A stretch of DNA of 64,000 nucleotides from Eledone cirrhosa (GCA_964016885.1 OZ024741.1:73284001-73348000), one strand, 5' to 3'; numbered from the stretch's first letter, positions 14,257 to 29,155 are shown. Translations and numbers: made by a program. The notes: generated from the letters alone by a model not told the origin.

Positions 14257-15145
14257 GGATAAATTGGAAAAAATCAGAAAAATTGAAGTATTTATATTAG
14301 TTGTAAGAAAGGAAGAAGAGAGGGGATAGTACATGACAGATGGCAATTCAATTTACTGGTAAACAAGTATATAGAAGGTTTCTAATGAGAATACAATGAG
14401 TATATGGCTTATTTTATCTAAATAATAATTTTGGGGAGTGCCTATTTTAATTTATATTTAACCAATTGAACAATGGACAGGGCTGTTCGTTTGGTGTAGT
14501 AGTATTAATAGATATAAAGTGTCAATTAAGGAACCGGGAGATTTTCACTGCTACTGTATAACAACAATGCTGGTAGCCTGCTGGTATATGCATTAGGGAA
14601 TTGAATTAAGAAATCTCATTTTATCTATAGCAGTTTATATTAAATGGTAAAGAATAGAAGAGTTGATAGAATTAAGACTAATAGAGAATGTTAATATGTA
14701 TTTTGACAATCAAACGGAGATGGAGACAGGCGTTCAATCCTGGTAGCGTTTGTAATATGAAAATGTAGATTTCAAGCGATGGTTACAGTATAACGATCGC
14801 TCTATTCTGTTATTTAATAAAATATTTTTGGATTTCATATTACAAAATAATTCCATATTACACAGTTTACAAAATTCCTGTCCTTAGAATTATGCAGGGG
14901 CAGGTACTATTATATCCCAATTTAGGTTAAATTGTTGGTTATTTTCGCGCAGCTGCCAAGCCTTGTCTGCGAGTGTTGTTACATAACGCTGGTTTTCATG
15001 TTTTATCGAGTAACGATGTCTATAAAGGCGAGATTTGAAGGAGATAGCTGTAGACCCCACATAGTACCACTTCTGGCTACCCGATTCGATAGTACATTTG
15101 TATATGATGTTGCGTTCAAGACACTGATATACAACATCATATACA

Positions 15146-15510
15146 AATGCAACATCATATATAAATGTACTATCGAATCGGGTAGCCAGAAGTGGTACTA
15201 TGTGGGGTCTACAGCTACCTCCTTCAAATCTCGCCTTTATAGACATCGTTACTCGATAAAACATGAAAACCAGCGTTATGTAACAACACTCGCAGACAAG
15301 GCTTGGCAGCTGCGCGAAAATAACCAACAATTTAACCTAAAATGGGATATAATAGAAACTGCCCCTGCATATTTCCAAGGACAGGAATTTTGTAAATTGT
15401 GTAATATGGAATTATTTTGTATTATGAAATCCAAAAATATTTTATTAAATAACAGAATAGAGCGATCGTTATACTGTAACCATCGCTTGAAATCTACATT
15501 TTCATATTAT
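15146..15510 (+). pseudogene. GIY-YIG endonuclease fragment (PLE, Naiad-like), inverted arm
   Basis: Second half of ORF 14932..15615; IIY...YVG motif, conserved R and E, C-terminal LN. Confidence 0.85.
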
Positions 15511-16212
15511 ATATATATATGTTATTTTGGTATCACTTCTGTTTTTAGCATAAGAAAATATCTATATGCGTGTGTAATTAATACACGCATACATTTATTT
15601 TTTTATTTCAATTGAGTTCTTAACACGTTGGATTGATAATGTTTTTGAAAAAACTAATTAACCCGAGTGTATATTATTTTTTTCTTTTCTCGTGTATCGT
15701 GGTTATCTCTATTTCCCGCTTCGTGACGCTATGAAACTTCCTCAGTCTAAAGACTGCTGGAATTTCAAATTTGGCTGTCATTCGTTGCGTGAAGGAACAG
15801 CTTAGCAGACACGATTTTTAACTGCGGTAAGAATTATTTCTTATATCAAAGTTTAATGGGCTTCCACTGAAGATTTATAAGTGCCCACCTAAATATATTC
15901 TTACATGAATATATGTTAGGCTTCTACATAAACTGGAAACATTCTCCCAATTTGTAGAAAACTTATAATTAAACAATTGTTTGGAAAGAGATATATATTT
16001 TAACTTTAATTATATCTCATAAAATAATACAACTGGCTTTCCACAAAATACATATAGTTAGCACCCCAAACACTTAAATTGGGTTATACTAACATATAAC
16101 CTAATGTTTGTTGAGTGAGATGGTTACCAGTCCGAGTTTAGCGTTAAGCTATCTCTGTTATTGTATTAAATTAATTATATATGTATATATATATTGTTAT
16201 TTTTTTTTTTTT

Positions 16213-16505
16213 TGGGGGGGGGGGGTTATAATGTTATAATATTGCCAGAAATAATAATAAAAGACACTTGCTGTTTGGTTTTGGTTGGTTTTTCGCTGCC
16301 GTGTATTTCATATCCTTATTGACCAACAGTTAAAAATATAGATATGAATATATATACATAGTCTATCAAAGTTCTTTCATCACACACCTGTGACATCACC
16401 AGTGGTACTATTATGTTTCCTCCTGTTGAATTGCAATATTTACTTTTAAAAAATATAAAAAAATAGAATAAGTAAACATTACAATACAGCGGGAGGAAAC
16501 ATAAT
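16213..16505 (-). mobile_element. pLTR remnant of the same PLE family as 28160-29390, with degenerate hammerhead (16358-16411) and short inverted repeat
   Basis: Minus strand ggaggaaacataatagtacca-CTGGTGA-t-gtcaca ggtg tgtgat-GAAA-gaactttgatagactat aligns with 29145-29210; imperfect IR 16410-16445/16470-16505. Confidence 0.7.
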
Positions 16506-16591
16506 GGTGCTTTTAATAGTAATTTTATCTACCTGTTCTTCAAACTTATAATTTATATATATATATATGTGTGTGTGTGTATGTGTGTGTA

Positions 16592-16739
<148 letters not shown>

Positions 16740-17077
16740 AGTGTGTGTATTTCTACCTGGAGTTGCGACCGATAGATAGTATTAGCAATTGAAAAGACCA
16801 ACGGAAACATTGTTTCCTCGGTCCGATTTGACGAAAGTCGATCGAGTGCCGATAAACCGTATATATATACGAACAATCATTAAATAATTCATTTCGTGTT
16901 AGAAATGGAAATGCGATGTTAAGGCATGTGAGAATCTCTACATTTTCTCAGTCTAACATTTGCAATATATTGAACAACATGTTTTGTTTAACCTGATAGA
17001 GCCCTACTTAGAAATCCTCTTCACTAAATATTCACATATAACAAGCTATCACTTGACATACAATAACAGACATAATA

Positions 17078-17227
17078 TAATTGTTTCTACTTTTGGCACA
17101 AGGCCAGCAATTACCCAGTACATTACTAGTACTTTATTTTATCGACCCCGTAAGGATGAAAGGCAAAGCTAACCTCGGCGGGATTTGAACTCAGTCCGTA
17201 AAGGGACGTAACTATGCTGCAAAGCAG
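17078..17227 (-). mobile_element. 5'-truncated SINE family 1 with TSD
   Basis: Family core; TSD cagacataatataat. Confidence 0.9.
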
Positions 17228-17490
17228 ACATAATATAATGTTTACTGAAGTCTAAAGGTCTTGTCTCATATGATTACTTCATTTTGTATCTCGATATTTT
17301 TCCTGAAATGCTCAATCTCGGAGGAGGTGTATCAATCATGGGAATCGCCATATTTTGGTAAAGATTTAAATCGCTTGTGAATTTTGAAAACAACGTGGGA
17401 GAGCAGAATGTAAAGAAAGAGAGCGAGAGGGAAGGGAGAGTAAGTGAATGAGTGAGAGAGAGAGAGTAAGAGAGACAGAAAGTGAATGGG

Positions 17491-17541
<51 letters not shown>

Positions 17542-17857
17542 GAGAGAGAGAGTATGTAGGCAGACATAATTGCTATATAATTGGTTTCAGAGATTGAAAT
17601 GAGGTGAAGCTAGGGAATCGGCTTCAGGGGTTACATACTAAGTACATTGATAGGTCACGTAAGGGATGAGTGACTAAATTGATATTGACGTGAATAGGCA
17701 TATGTAACACAGAACTTCATATTACAAGGATTCTTGTTCGATACACCTATTTTGTGCACCCCACGCCGATTTACTCGTACACACAGGGTAAATCTCTCTC
17801 TCTCTCTTTCTGCCTCCTCTCTCACTCACTTTCTCTATCTCTCTTTCTCTCCCCCAC

Positions 17858-17929
<72 letters not shown>

Positions 17930-17934
17930 CCAAA

Positions 17935-18188
17935 TCTGAAGTCTGTCTTAAGCCTTCTGGCCGGTGCTTATCCCGGTTTCATGGTGTGAAGCGATGAGTA
18001 CAAGACTACCCCCTGAACAAGGCGCCAGTCTATCGCACCGTTAAACCCACAGCTACTGCTGGTACTCTGAGTATACTGGAGCAACGTGAAATGAAGTGAT
18101 TTGCTCAAGAACACAATTCACAACCCAGGAATCGAACCCAAGCCATTATGATCGTAAGTCCAACACCCTTGCCATGTTGTGCCTCCAC
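17935..18188 (-). mobile_element. tRNA-derived SINE (family 2-type head)
   Basis: Minus strand B box ggttcgattcc followed by cttgagcaa.tcacttcatttcacgttgctcc. Confidence 0.7.
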
Positions 18189-18202
18189 ATATCTATCTAT
18201 CA

Positions 18203-18304
<102 letters not shown>

Positions 18305-18310
18305 ATATAT

Positions 18311-18341
<31 letters not shown>

Positions 18342-18349
18342 TATATATA

Positions 18350-18730
18350 TCCTTATAAAAAGGAAGTTTGTTAGTATGATAACTGCTAATACAATTGATA
18401 ATAATTAAGGTATTTCGTGTATTTTCTTCTAATCTGACCTCACACAGGGTTGTTGACTTATTTTCCGAAAACGGAATGGGTGGGAGTTGGGGGATAATTT
18501 ACTGCTCTTTTTAGCACGCAGATACTGTCTGTTCGTCCCTCATCTATCTATTTACATATAAAAATGAAGTTTGTTTGTACGTTGACCGCTAACAACACTA
18601 AATGAAATTGGTAATAATTAAGATTTTTCGTGTTTTCAGCTAATATGACCTCCGACATGCTCGCAATCGATTTTTTTCTCCGAAAAAAGAATGGGGTGAC
18701 CCTAGGATTTTCTCAGCCTCGGAGATTACT
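18350..18730 (+). mobile_element. two diverged tandem copies of a Helitron-like 5' segment
   Basis: 18350-18530 and 18543-18730 share ataaaaa.gaagtttgtt...aattaag..ttcgtgt..ctaat.tgacctc...ccgaaaa..gaatggg; the start resembles that of the Helitron at 24829. Confidence 0.4.
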
Positions 18731-19026
18731 ATTGTGGGAGCTTTTTCTTTTTTAAGGATTTTTCCCTTTGTTTTCGAACAATCTGACATCAGATACACTC
18801 GACAACGACTCTTTTTTCCGTAAACGGTGGCATGGAGTGAAGGTATCCTCGGAGTTACAGAAAAGCCCTTTTCAGCTGTTTGAATTTATAGAAAAGCGCC
18901 CGCTGGCGATCGTAAATAACTTTTTGTTTTCCCAGTTTTGTTTCGTATGTTTTCAATTAAACTTTCATTTTGACCGTATGATGGTTAAAGATCTGTTGGT
19001 ATTTGTGTTCTAAGAGGAGTGCGTAT

Positions 19027-19250
19027 ATCGACTATCGATCGACTTTCGTCAAATCGGACCGAGGAAACAATGTTTCCATTGGTCTTTCCAATTGCTAATA
19101 CTATCTATCGGTTGCAACTCCAGGTAGAAGGAGCAACGTGAAATAAAGTGTCTTGCTCAAGGACATAACGTATCGCCTCTTCCAGGAATCGAACTCACAA
19201 CCTCACGATTGCGAATCCAGTTCTCTAACCACTCAGCCACACGCCTTCAC
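19027..19250 (-). mobile_element. SINE family 2 (related copies at 16751-16860 + and 57660-57840 +)
   Basis: A box tggctgagtggt, B box gagttcgattcc; body ttctacctggagttgc.accgatag... Confidence 0.8.
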
Positions 19251-19269
19251 AGTGTGTATATATGAGGGC

Positions 19270-20550
19270 AAAAACATTAATTTTGGCATTTAACGAGAAA
19301 GGAGGAGAGAATCAGATTTTTGCTTTATTTCTAGTTTTTTTTCCCTATTAGTATTTGAGGAGTGGCCTGGTGTGTAGTAAATATTCTCGGAGAAACCGCT
19401 ATTGCATAAAGCTGTATTATAGTAGGAGACTGCCCTATCGAAAATGGCTTGATTAGAAGAGAGATTAGAGATCCGCATGATTACCTAAATTTTTCAATAC
19501 TATAGTGGGGAGGGGTATATATCTAACATTTTCGCTGGGCTTATGGAAGGATTTATGGGTGTGTGTACGTAGGTCTAGATTGAAGTCTAAGAAGTTAACC
19601 CTAGTTCCCTAAAAGTAATGAATAACTATTTCCTAAAGGTGTCGAGGTCGTGACCATTTTAATGGCTCGTAAGGGCCAGACCATCATCACGCTATAAACC
19701 CATCAGAAAATCAGGGAATTTCGTGCGTAAGGTATCCAGGATAAAAAGCCCCCACCAAATCGCAAATATCCGTTCTGTCAAACGATCCCATAGGAACATC
19801 AAAGCAGTGGTTTGTAACGGATTCCTTTATCCAGGCCTCCCCTTTATTGAAGGTGGTGGGGATCGGCCGTGAGATATTACCAGTCTGTTCAAGCCATGTA
19901 TATCGCTAAATCTACCGGCGAAGTCCAGGCCCTTACCGAGTAAGTCACTGGATATTGATGGGTAAAAGTCCACGATATCGAATTGGGTGAATCTGGCTCT
20001 ATCCGCATGCTTAAGGGTGTTAAACCAATCTAGCAGCGCTTGGCTATTTTCCCATTGGTTAAGCTTACATTGTTTACTAATATTCCTATTCAAGTTTCTA
20101 TGCAAGTTCTTACTGACTAGCCTAATTCTGTCTTAGCGGGCTTAAGGAGTCTACATGTCGGCTTCGTCATAAGTCATTCTTATGGTTCTTAAGTATTACA
20201 TAAGCCTCCCTCTTCGCTAGGCATTTTAACCTATTTCTTATCCTCATGGTAGTGGCAATGTATTTAGTCTCATCGTTAATAGAGTTATATGTGGTGGGGT
20301 CAGCTTTCTTATATTTTAATTGTATTGACTTATCTAGTAATTGGCTGTGAGTGGTAAGATCAAATTCACAGAGGTTGCTAGTTTTATCTGATAGAATTAA
20401 ACATTAAACATTTATCTGATAGAATTAAACTGGAGAATTAAACTGGAGAAATAAACATTTTTAGGTCTCTATTTAAATTGTTTTGGAAAGAGGTAGAGTG
20501 CTTGTGGAAGGTGTTGTTTCTTACTAGATTAATTAGATCGCACCGTTGTA
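19270..20550 (-). pseudogene. decayed PLE (Naiad-like) reverse transcriptase
   Basis: FTQFDIVDFYPSIS, CFDVPMGSFD..DICDL, RDDGLAL, NFLDFNLDL, RISNLSSN..IF..A..YY..AL..SGF; stops and frameshifts. Confidence 0.85.
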
Positions 20551-20599
20551 GTAACTGGCTTTAATAATTATATATATATATATCTATATATATATATAT

Positions 20600-21254
20600 C
20601 ACCTATTAAATCATACGAGTTGTGAAATTGACCGGTTTACACACGTGGTTGGTCGAAATATCAAGAATTCGAACTCTAACCAGCGCGATAACTCTATATC
20701 ACTGTCTAATCGCCTGTTGGAATTTAATGTCCGGAAAGGTTTTAAGCACTACCATTGTTACTGTCGCACTATTTCTCGCCATGCGACTTGGAGAATGGAG
20801 CCATTCTATTGTACAGCGATGGGAGACTGAATTTTTCTAATAACCGAGTTTTCACTCGCTTGTTAATTTGTATAATATCGCAATAGAATGCACAATATCT
20901 ACTGTCTGCATTTATTATGCAACAATGCACAATCGGCGCATGTGGCTTCATCAGCGGGTTTCGCCTGATCAATAACCAATCGATCGACAGAATTCGATCC
21001 CAGTCCGTGTCGGCTATGACTGTATGTGACGGCCAAAACAGTAAAGCATTAGCAACTGAAATCCCGACGAGTCATCACAATGCCGTCCACCGATTGGCTA
21101 CTGATTTAGAAATTTACGTGACGGCAGGAGACGAAATTCAAAGAGTTCTGCTCCCGCCATAATCACTCTCCAACGTATCTCAAATACAAATTAACAAGCG
21201 AGTGAAAACTCGGTTATTAGAAAAATTCAGTCTCCCATCGCTGTACAATAGAAT
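20600..21254 (-). mobile_element. PLE pLTR remnant with a perfect ~71 bp inverted repeat (20803-20873/21184-21254)
   Basis: IR seen directly; spacer minus strand gives NSLN.FVSCRH (Naiad-like C-terminus) and CTGATGA (20953-20947) with GAAA in the arm. Confidence 0.6.
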
Positions 21255-21630
21255 TTAATATCATTGAATATTTACTCCAGTAAACTGTTGAGTGCTCTAA
21301 ATCTGTTATAAACATTTATATTTGTCGGACTTCCAACAAATTAAATACCCCTTCTACTTATATATATATATATCATACTGAAACGAAGTTATCGAATAGG
21401 GCCTATATACCTTCCATCGTTTTCCCACTCACTCAATACTTTACTTAAGCCAATATCATTAAGATACCAACCAAAAGGAAATCAGAGTGCACACTAATAC
21501 GTTGAATAGTGAGAAAAACGATCTCATGTGGGTAGAGAATTCGACTCTCTGGCACTGGACCAATGCATTAGTCTCCGCTGTCCTAGTATACATTCGTCGC
21601 CATTACAGCAGCAAGCCCCACGTTCAGTGC

Positions 21631-21709
<79 letters not shown>

Positions 21710-21771
21710 TATGTATATGTAAGGTATCAGCCGTACTAAGAGTGAGAAATGAAATTTCGTTTCATTCTTTT

Positions 21772-21862
<91 letters not shown>

Positions 21863-22276
21863 GAGAGAGAGATTTATACATATATACACCACACACTTCC
21901 TTATATATATATATAGGTATAAGGGGAGGGGGAGAATCAGAAAGAGATTATAAATAAAATAATTACAATTGGAATTGATATCTCAAGAGAAATTTGTCTT
22001 TGAATGATAAATCAGGTTTGGCGATGTAAAGTCACAATTAACCACCTCTATACGCGTGTGCATAAATGTGTGTGTACGTGGGTATATTTATATATGTTAG
22101 TGCGCATGTATGGGTCGTTGTATTTGTGTTTGCATCTGATTTTGCGTATCTGCGTATGTATAACGTCAAAAATATATTTATATAGGGTTGTCAACTATGA
22201 GATTTGTAGAAATTTGTAGAAAATAAAACAAATCTCTACAAATTTTATACTTGACGACCCAATATATATATATATT

Positions 22277-22373
<97 letters not shown>

Positions 22374-22819
22374 TGCATACAACCGGCTGGCTAGTCGTTA
22401 GAAAGCTATGAGTTAGCAGAAACGTTATTTCACTGGATGGAGTAAGTGCCTTGCAGTATTGATTCTGACCCTTTTACATTCTGGATTTCAAATCCTGCTG
22501 GATTGAACGTAATGGAAAAGAATTATCAGGAAAGCTTGCTGGATCAAATCAGACCTGGTGTTAAACACCATCATCACAAATAACAACTAATGTTGTGAGT
22601 ATTGTAAGGAATAATGATTTCTAATTTAGGCTCAAGGCCAAGAATTTGTATACATACATGGACCTACAACGCCCGATGGAGTGACACAGCGTTTTGGGGG
22701 AATTTTTTTCAACCTTTCAGGCCCCATTCGTCTTCAGGTCTGAAGAAAGTCAATTACCTTCAGAGATGGAGAGTGAGAGGGAAAGGTAGTGAGAAAGAGA
22801 CATAGAGGAAGAATCGAAC

Positions 22820-23553
22820 CCAATGTTTGGTTGGTACTTTATTTTATCTACATCAGAAGAATGAAAGGTAAATTAGACATCGGTGGGATATGAACTCAGA
22901 ACGTAAAGCGTTGATACAAATACGGCTGTTAGTTTAAAGAATAAAAATAATAATAAAAGGATGGAGGAATATGCATAAATCGAAAGGAGATCAGTAAAAA
23001 CAAAGCAACAAAGCAATTGTTTCTACTTTTGGCACAAGACCAACAATTTGAAGGGGAGGGGAAAGTCGATTAATTCGACCCCAGCGCATTACTGGTGCTT
23101 TATTTTATAGACCCCGTAAGGATGAAAGACAAAGCAGGATTTGAACTCAGGACGTAAAGGGCCATAACTCTATGCCACAAAGCATTGTGGCCGACACTCT
23201 ACCGATTTTGCCAATCCACTGCCCTAAAAAATCTTCTTGTTGCAAGTAGTTTGAACTCTGAATAATCTTGCCAATTAAAATAAAAGAGAAAGCAGTATGT
23301 AACAGAGGAACAGATTCGTAGAAAATCAAAGACAAATGTATAATATTTTCTAACATTAGCACAAGACCAACAATTTGTGGAAGAGGAAAATCAATTATAT
23401 TAAACCCAATACGTAACTTGTACGTTATTTTATCGACCAGAATGATGAAAGGCAAACTTGATCCCAGCAGCATTTTGAACGCGAAACGTAAAGAGCCGTA
23501 ACTAAGTACTGCAACGCATCACATCCACTAAAAATTCTGCCAATCCATGGCCT
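22820..23553 (-). mobile_element. cluster of three diverged SINE family 1 copies
   Basis: Family core repeated at ~22820, 23015 and 23340. Confidence 0.8.
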
Positions 23554-24317
23554 GAGATGGATAGATAGATAGATATAGGGGGTGTAGAAAGAAAGGGAGG
23601 AGGAGAGAAAGAAGTATGTTAAAAAGACTGATATAGCAATGTTATAAGCAATAATAAACGATAAAACCAAAATGGACGAATTCGGTAACAGATAAATTCT
23701 TTAGTGAGAAAAAGAAAAATATTTGGACAACGAAGTGTGGGGGAATGTAAAAATTAATCGAATAAAGAAAAAAACTAGGAAATATAAAAGCGAAAAGAGG
23801 GAATAAATAAAAGGATATATAAGAATAGACTGGAAATGAAAATGTGGGGAAGAAGGGAGAAGAAAAAAATATGGGTAAAGAAAGAATGAAAGAAAAAAGA
23901 CAAAAGAAATAATGAAATGAGAATATATTAGATGAAGGAATGAAAAAAAATAATTAAACAAACGAATGAAGAAGAAAGGAAGAAAAGGGTAAAACTCAAG
24001 ATGGGTGAAGGAAAAAACAGAATTGAAAAAAAATGAAATGGTAAGGGTAGAGGAACTACCCTTTACCATAAGTTAAAATAATGAAGAAAGAGTGAACGAG
24101 CTGAAGAACTTTCAAAGAAAACAACGTAAAGACCGATGAAAAGTGAGGAAATAAATCAATAAAAAAGATGACGAAACAGTGAAGAGGGAAGATGAGGGGT
24201 GGGGCTAGTCGAGGGCGAGAGGGAGTAGAAGAAGAACAAGGAGAAGAAGAAGTAGACAAAACAATGTGTGCGTGCATATGAGCTTATACATATGTATAGA
24301 TATATGTATATATGTGT

Positions 24318-24351
<34 letters not shown>

Positions 24352-24562
24352 ACAGATATATATATATATATATAACATAGAGTCTGCGGCGCTGAGACCG
24401 AGGAGACCACTAATCATGGGAGTACTCGATGCATGGGGAGATGCGGAATGGGTATAGAGATATGTATATATAAACATATATGATATATATATACATACAC
24501 ATATGCCTTCATACTTGATTACACACACGCACACACACACATATATATTCATACATAATATA

Positions 24563-24687
<125 letters not shown>

Positions 24688-24828
24688 GGGGGAGAAGTGC
24701 GCTACCAGTCGAAATGTATGATAAAGATATATCTGTATAAATACAGAGTGATTAACCGAGACTGCACCAAAATATATTATATATATTCTACATATATAGA
24801 TATATATATATATATGCATAAAATATAA

Positions 24829-25640
24829 TCTATATATATAAAACTGTGGTTGTCTGTCTGTCTATCGATTTTTGGCACACATCTCCTCTTAGAATCTCTC
24901 AAGGAATTGCACCGAAATTGCTAGACTTGTACATTGAGCCCTAGCGAAGACATCGGAAAAAAAATAATTTCAAATTGACCCACCCTATGTGACGAAATCG
25001 AATATAATGTATTGATTTTTGAGCGTAAGTTATCAGTTATTTCCCTTTGTTCTGTTTACATTGAGCGTCTTACGTAAAAAATTACGCTGGCTTTCTCAGC
25101 GTTTAAAATGACATTAACACAATACACGAACAGTTGTCGAGCCAGCAAAATATTGACCTGCAAAATTCATCAGTTCGAACACTATGCTTCCGTTTTGCTT
25201 CATTTCCATTTAAAAGCATTTTAAAACAATATTTTTACTTGAAAACAAGTCTATTTAAAGACTACGTAAAACAAGCAAATATTTCAGGCGTGCAGACAGT
25301 CGTGCAGAGAGGTGATATAGGCGTGCAGACAGACATAACTGATAATTTGGTTACGCTAATGTTTTTCTCTGCGTTGCAGTGTTTACATTTTCGATCTTTG
25401 TTAATAAATAACCAGTGCAGTTTTTATCCCCAGCATCCTCTTTTGTTATAACATTCGGGTTATCGTTATGTTTTCTTAACTTCATAAGGCATATTGTTGG
25501 TTGAGGGAATATTAATCAAAAACACCACATGCAAGTCTGCACAGTAGACACTACAGTTTTTAAGCCAAAAAAGAAACTTAACATTGTAACTTTAACACAG
25601 CTACTGAGCGACCCCGAGCAACGCCGGGCTTTACTGCTAG
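24829..25640 (+). mobile_element. non-autonomous Helitron
   Basis: 5' a|TCTATATATATAAAA; 3' GC hairpin cccgagcaacgccggg followed by CTAG|t; inserted between A and T with no TSD. Confidence 0.85.
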
Positions 25641-25648
25641 TACAATAT

Positions 25649-25832
25649 AATTGTTTCCTCTTTTGGCACAAGGCCAGCAATTACACAGTGCATTACTGGT
25701 ACTTTATTTTATCGACCCCGTAAGGATGAAAGGCAAAGTTAAACTCGGCGGGATTTGACCTCAGATCATAAAGGGGCGTAACTCTGTGCTGCAAAGCATG
25801 GCGACCGACCCTCTACCGATACTGACAATCCA
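25649..25832 (-). mobile_element. SINE family 1
   Basis: Family core. Confidence 0.85.
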
Positions 25833-26336
25833 AAATATAATATGATATAATATAATATAATATAATATAATATAATATAATATAATATAATATAATATAA
25901 TATAATATAATGTAACATAATATAATATAATATAATATATATAATATAATGTAAAATAATATATATATATGCATATATATATATATACAAATATATATAA
26001 AAATATATGTGCATTTACAAATATACATGCATATTCATATATAAAAGAGAAGAGTGTTGGTGAGAACGAAGGAAGCAGAGAGATGAAACGGGAAAATAGT
26101 GCCACGAGAAAACATTGTTTGTTCCATCTAGCAATATTATTGCATGTTTCTTCAATCAGTAGACGGTTTGACGTGACGGAATCTAGTGGAATATTCCAGA
26201 TAATTATAGTTCTATCTACACATATTTCTGCAGAGCTTTTAACACAATTGCACCCAGCTTACCAATTTATCAAATATCTTACTTACAATTTGCCAAATGA
26301 CGCACATGTACGAAAATTACCATAATGCGTACATAC

Positions 26337-26463
<127 letters not shown>

Positions 26464-26676
26464 CATGTTTATATATATATATATATATATATACATGTTG
26501 GAAATATATATATGTATGTATATATATATATTTATATATATACAAAGAAACACATACACACACGCACACACACACATACACACATATATATATATATATA
26601 TGAATGTATATTTATATAAGAAAAATCACACAGGCACATACATACAAAAATTCGCACGCCTACATATGCATATATA

Positions 26677-26759
<83 letters not shown>

Positions 26760-27015
26760 GTGTGTGTATATATATATATATACACACACACGTGTGTGTA
26801 TATATATATATACACACACGTGTGTGTGCGTACATATATACAAATTACTAAAAATCCATAAGACTTCGTCGAGAGAAGCACATAGTCATGCTCCTGTATA
26901 AGCTGTAGAATTTTATACAATTTTTACTTATGTAAAATATACATAGATACGCGCACGCACACACTCACGCACGCACACACACACACACACGCACACATAT
27001 ATATATATATGTGCG

Positions 27016-27094
<79 letters not shown>

Positions 27095-27095
27095 T

Positions 27096-27340
<245 letters not shown>

Positions 27341-27356
27341 TGTTTGTCAGTGTATG

Positions 27357-27391
<35 letters not shown>

Positions 27392-27789
27392 ATGTAGTTA
27401 TTATTGCTCGCTATACTATATAGCTGTATCGTTGCTGCCATGTTAAAGCGGAAATGACATCTTATAAACTAACAGAGTATATCTACAGATGATGCAAAAA
27501 CCAACACAGAGCATTAGATATAGCTTTTCACTTGATTTCCCCTTCTGTCCCTCAACACATTGTAATGATCACTTACACACACACACGCAAACACACACAC
27601 ACATATAAAATATATACATACACACAAACACACACACAAACAAACACAAACAGAAAAACACATTTATGTAAAATATGTACATACAAGATTTGTTTGTTAT
27701 ATACATACACACATATATATATGTGTGTGTGTGTCTCTGTGTGTGTGTTTGTGTGTAAACCTCTCTCTCCATCTATATGTCTGTGTATG

Positions 27790-27839
<50 letters not shown>

Positions 27840-27842
<3 letters not shown>

Positions 27843-28094
27843 AAGCTATCGCCGTATTTTGACTAAAGAAATTAAAGAAATTATTTAGCCTGGTAGTGGG
27901 GTTAAGAACCCTCGGACAAATGGAAAAAGATGAGTATTGACGTACGCCAATACTCATGTTTTTCCACGTCTCCGAGGGTTCTTAACGCCACTACCAGGCT
28001 TCATCTTTTTCCATTTCTCCGAGGGTTCTTAACCCCACTACCAGGCTAAATAATTTCTTTAATTTCTTTAGTCAAAATACGGCGATAGCTTACA
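27840..28094. repeat. ~100 bp-arm palindrome with internal ~50 bp duplication, centred on a hammerhead stem III-like palindrome
   Basis: tgtaagctatcgcc...gagtattg acgtacgc caatactc...ggcgatagcttaca; segment tccgagggttcttaac.ccactaccaggct is duplicated in the right arm. Confidence 0.85.
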
Positions 28095-28199
28095 TTTCTA
28101 ATAATTTTAAACCGACTCGCTGTTTCGAAAATATTTTTACTTCATATATAGTTCTCTGGCTACAACCAAAGACACAGAATCAGTGTATACAAAGGAGCC

Positions 28200-28835
28200 A
28201 TGGAGAAGTATAAGACCCTCATAGAACTGGACATGAAAGGAATTTGCCCATTATACAGGAGAAAATCATGGAATAGCTTAGATAGGGCTAGACATAAGAT
28301 AGGGAAAGCCACCTCATGGTACGACAACCAGAGATACCAGAGTGTCATGTTTGTGGACGCTACCCCTGGGGGGAAATTATCTAACCAGTGTAGAAGGGCC
28401 CTGAGAAAGACCCACTTAAAGATTAAGGTGGTAGAAAAGCCAGGAACCACCATAAAATCCCTGATCAGCAAAACCTACACTTTTAAGAAAACCCACCATA
28501 CTAATAGGAAATGTATCATATGTAAGGTAAACCCCCGGATAAACTGTAAAACTAGAAACGTAGTCTATAGCATAAAATGTACAGAGGGTACTTGCAGAAA
28601 CATGACAACAACATACATAGGCGAGACAGCTCGTAGCATAGGTGAAAGGATAGACCAACACTGGGGGGAACTAAAAGGACGAAAAAACGGGTCAGTACTA
28701 TACGAACATGCCAGACAACAACACGACGGTAACATAGACAAAATAGAAATTAGAATAATATCTAAACATAGAAATGACCCAGCAGATAGGCAAATCAGAG
28801 AGGCCAGTGAAATAAACTTAGAAGGCCAAGACTAA
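28200..28835 (+). CDS. PLE C-terminal linker, Cys-rich region and GIY-YIG endonuclease (fragment)
   Basis: C..C......C...NVVYSIKC...C...YIGETAR...ER..QH...H....H...RQIREA..IN. Confidence 0.85.
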   Translation: MEKYKTLIELDMKGICPLYRRKSWNSLDRARHKIGKATSWYDNQRYQSVMFVDATPGGKLSNQCRRALRKTHLKIKVVEKPGTTIKSLISKTYTFKKTHHTNRKCIICKVNPRINCKTRNVVYSIKCTEGTCRNMTTTYIGETARSIGERIDQHWGELKGRKNGSVLYEHARQQHDGNIDKIEIRIISKHRNDPADRQIREASEINLEGQD

Positions 28836-29155
28836 ACAGAAAAAATGAATGGAATAACAACAACACCCAAACAAACAACACTGACCTAAGGACGTATAAA
28901 TAAATAAATAGATAAATAAATAAATAAATACATACACAAGCACAATAACAACAAACACATATAAACACACACTAGTAAAGATAGAATACATTAACCAATA
29001 CACAGTCACCCAATCACGAACACACATCAAACAATATACTATACACACACGCAAACGCATGCGCAAAGAAGACAAAATAAAATAAACAAATAAATAAATA
29101 TATAAACAGACTAAATAAAGATGGCGTAGAAAATACAATGTAACGGGAGGAAACA

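Larger units (their letters stand above)
14030..15510 (-). mobile_element. Naiad-type PLE 3' end (GIY-YIG plus 3' UTR with hammerhead) with a ~360 bp inverted duplication
   Basis: 14752-15111 is the near reverse complement of 15150-15509; both arms encode NIIYKC..YYVGST..FK.R...H...W.L...W.I...C.LC..E...LLN.R.E...C.H. Confidence 0.85.
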
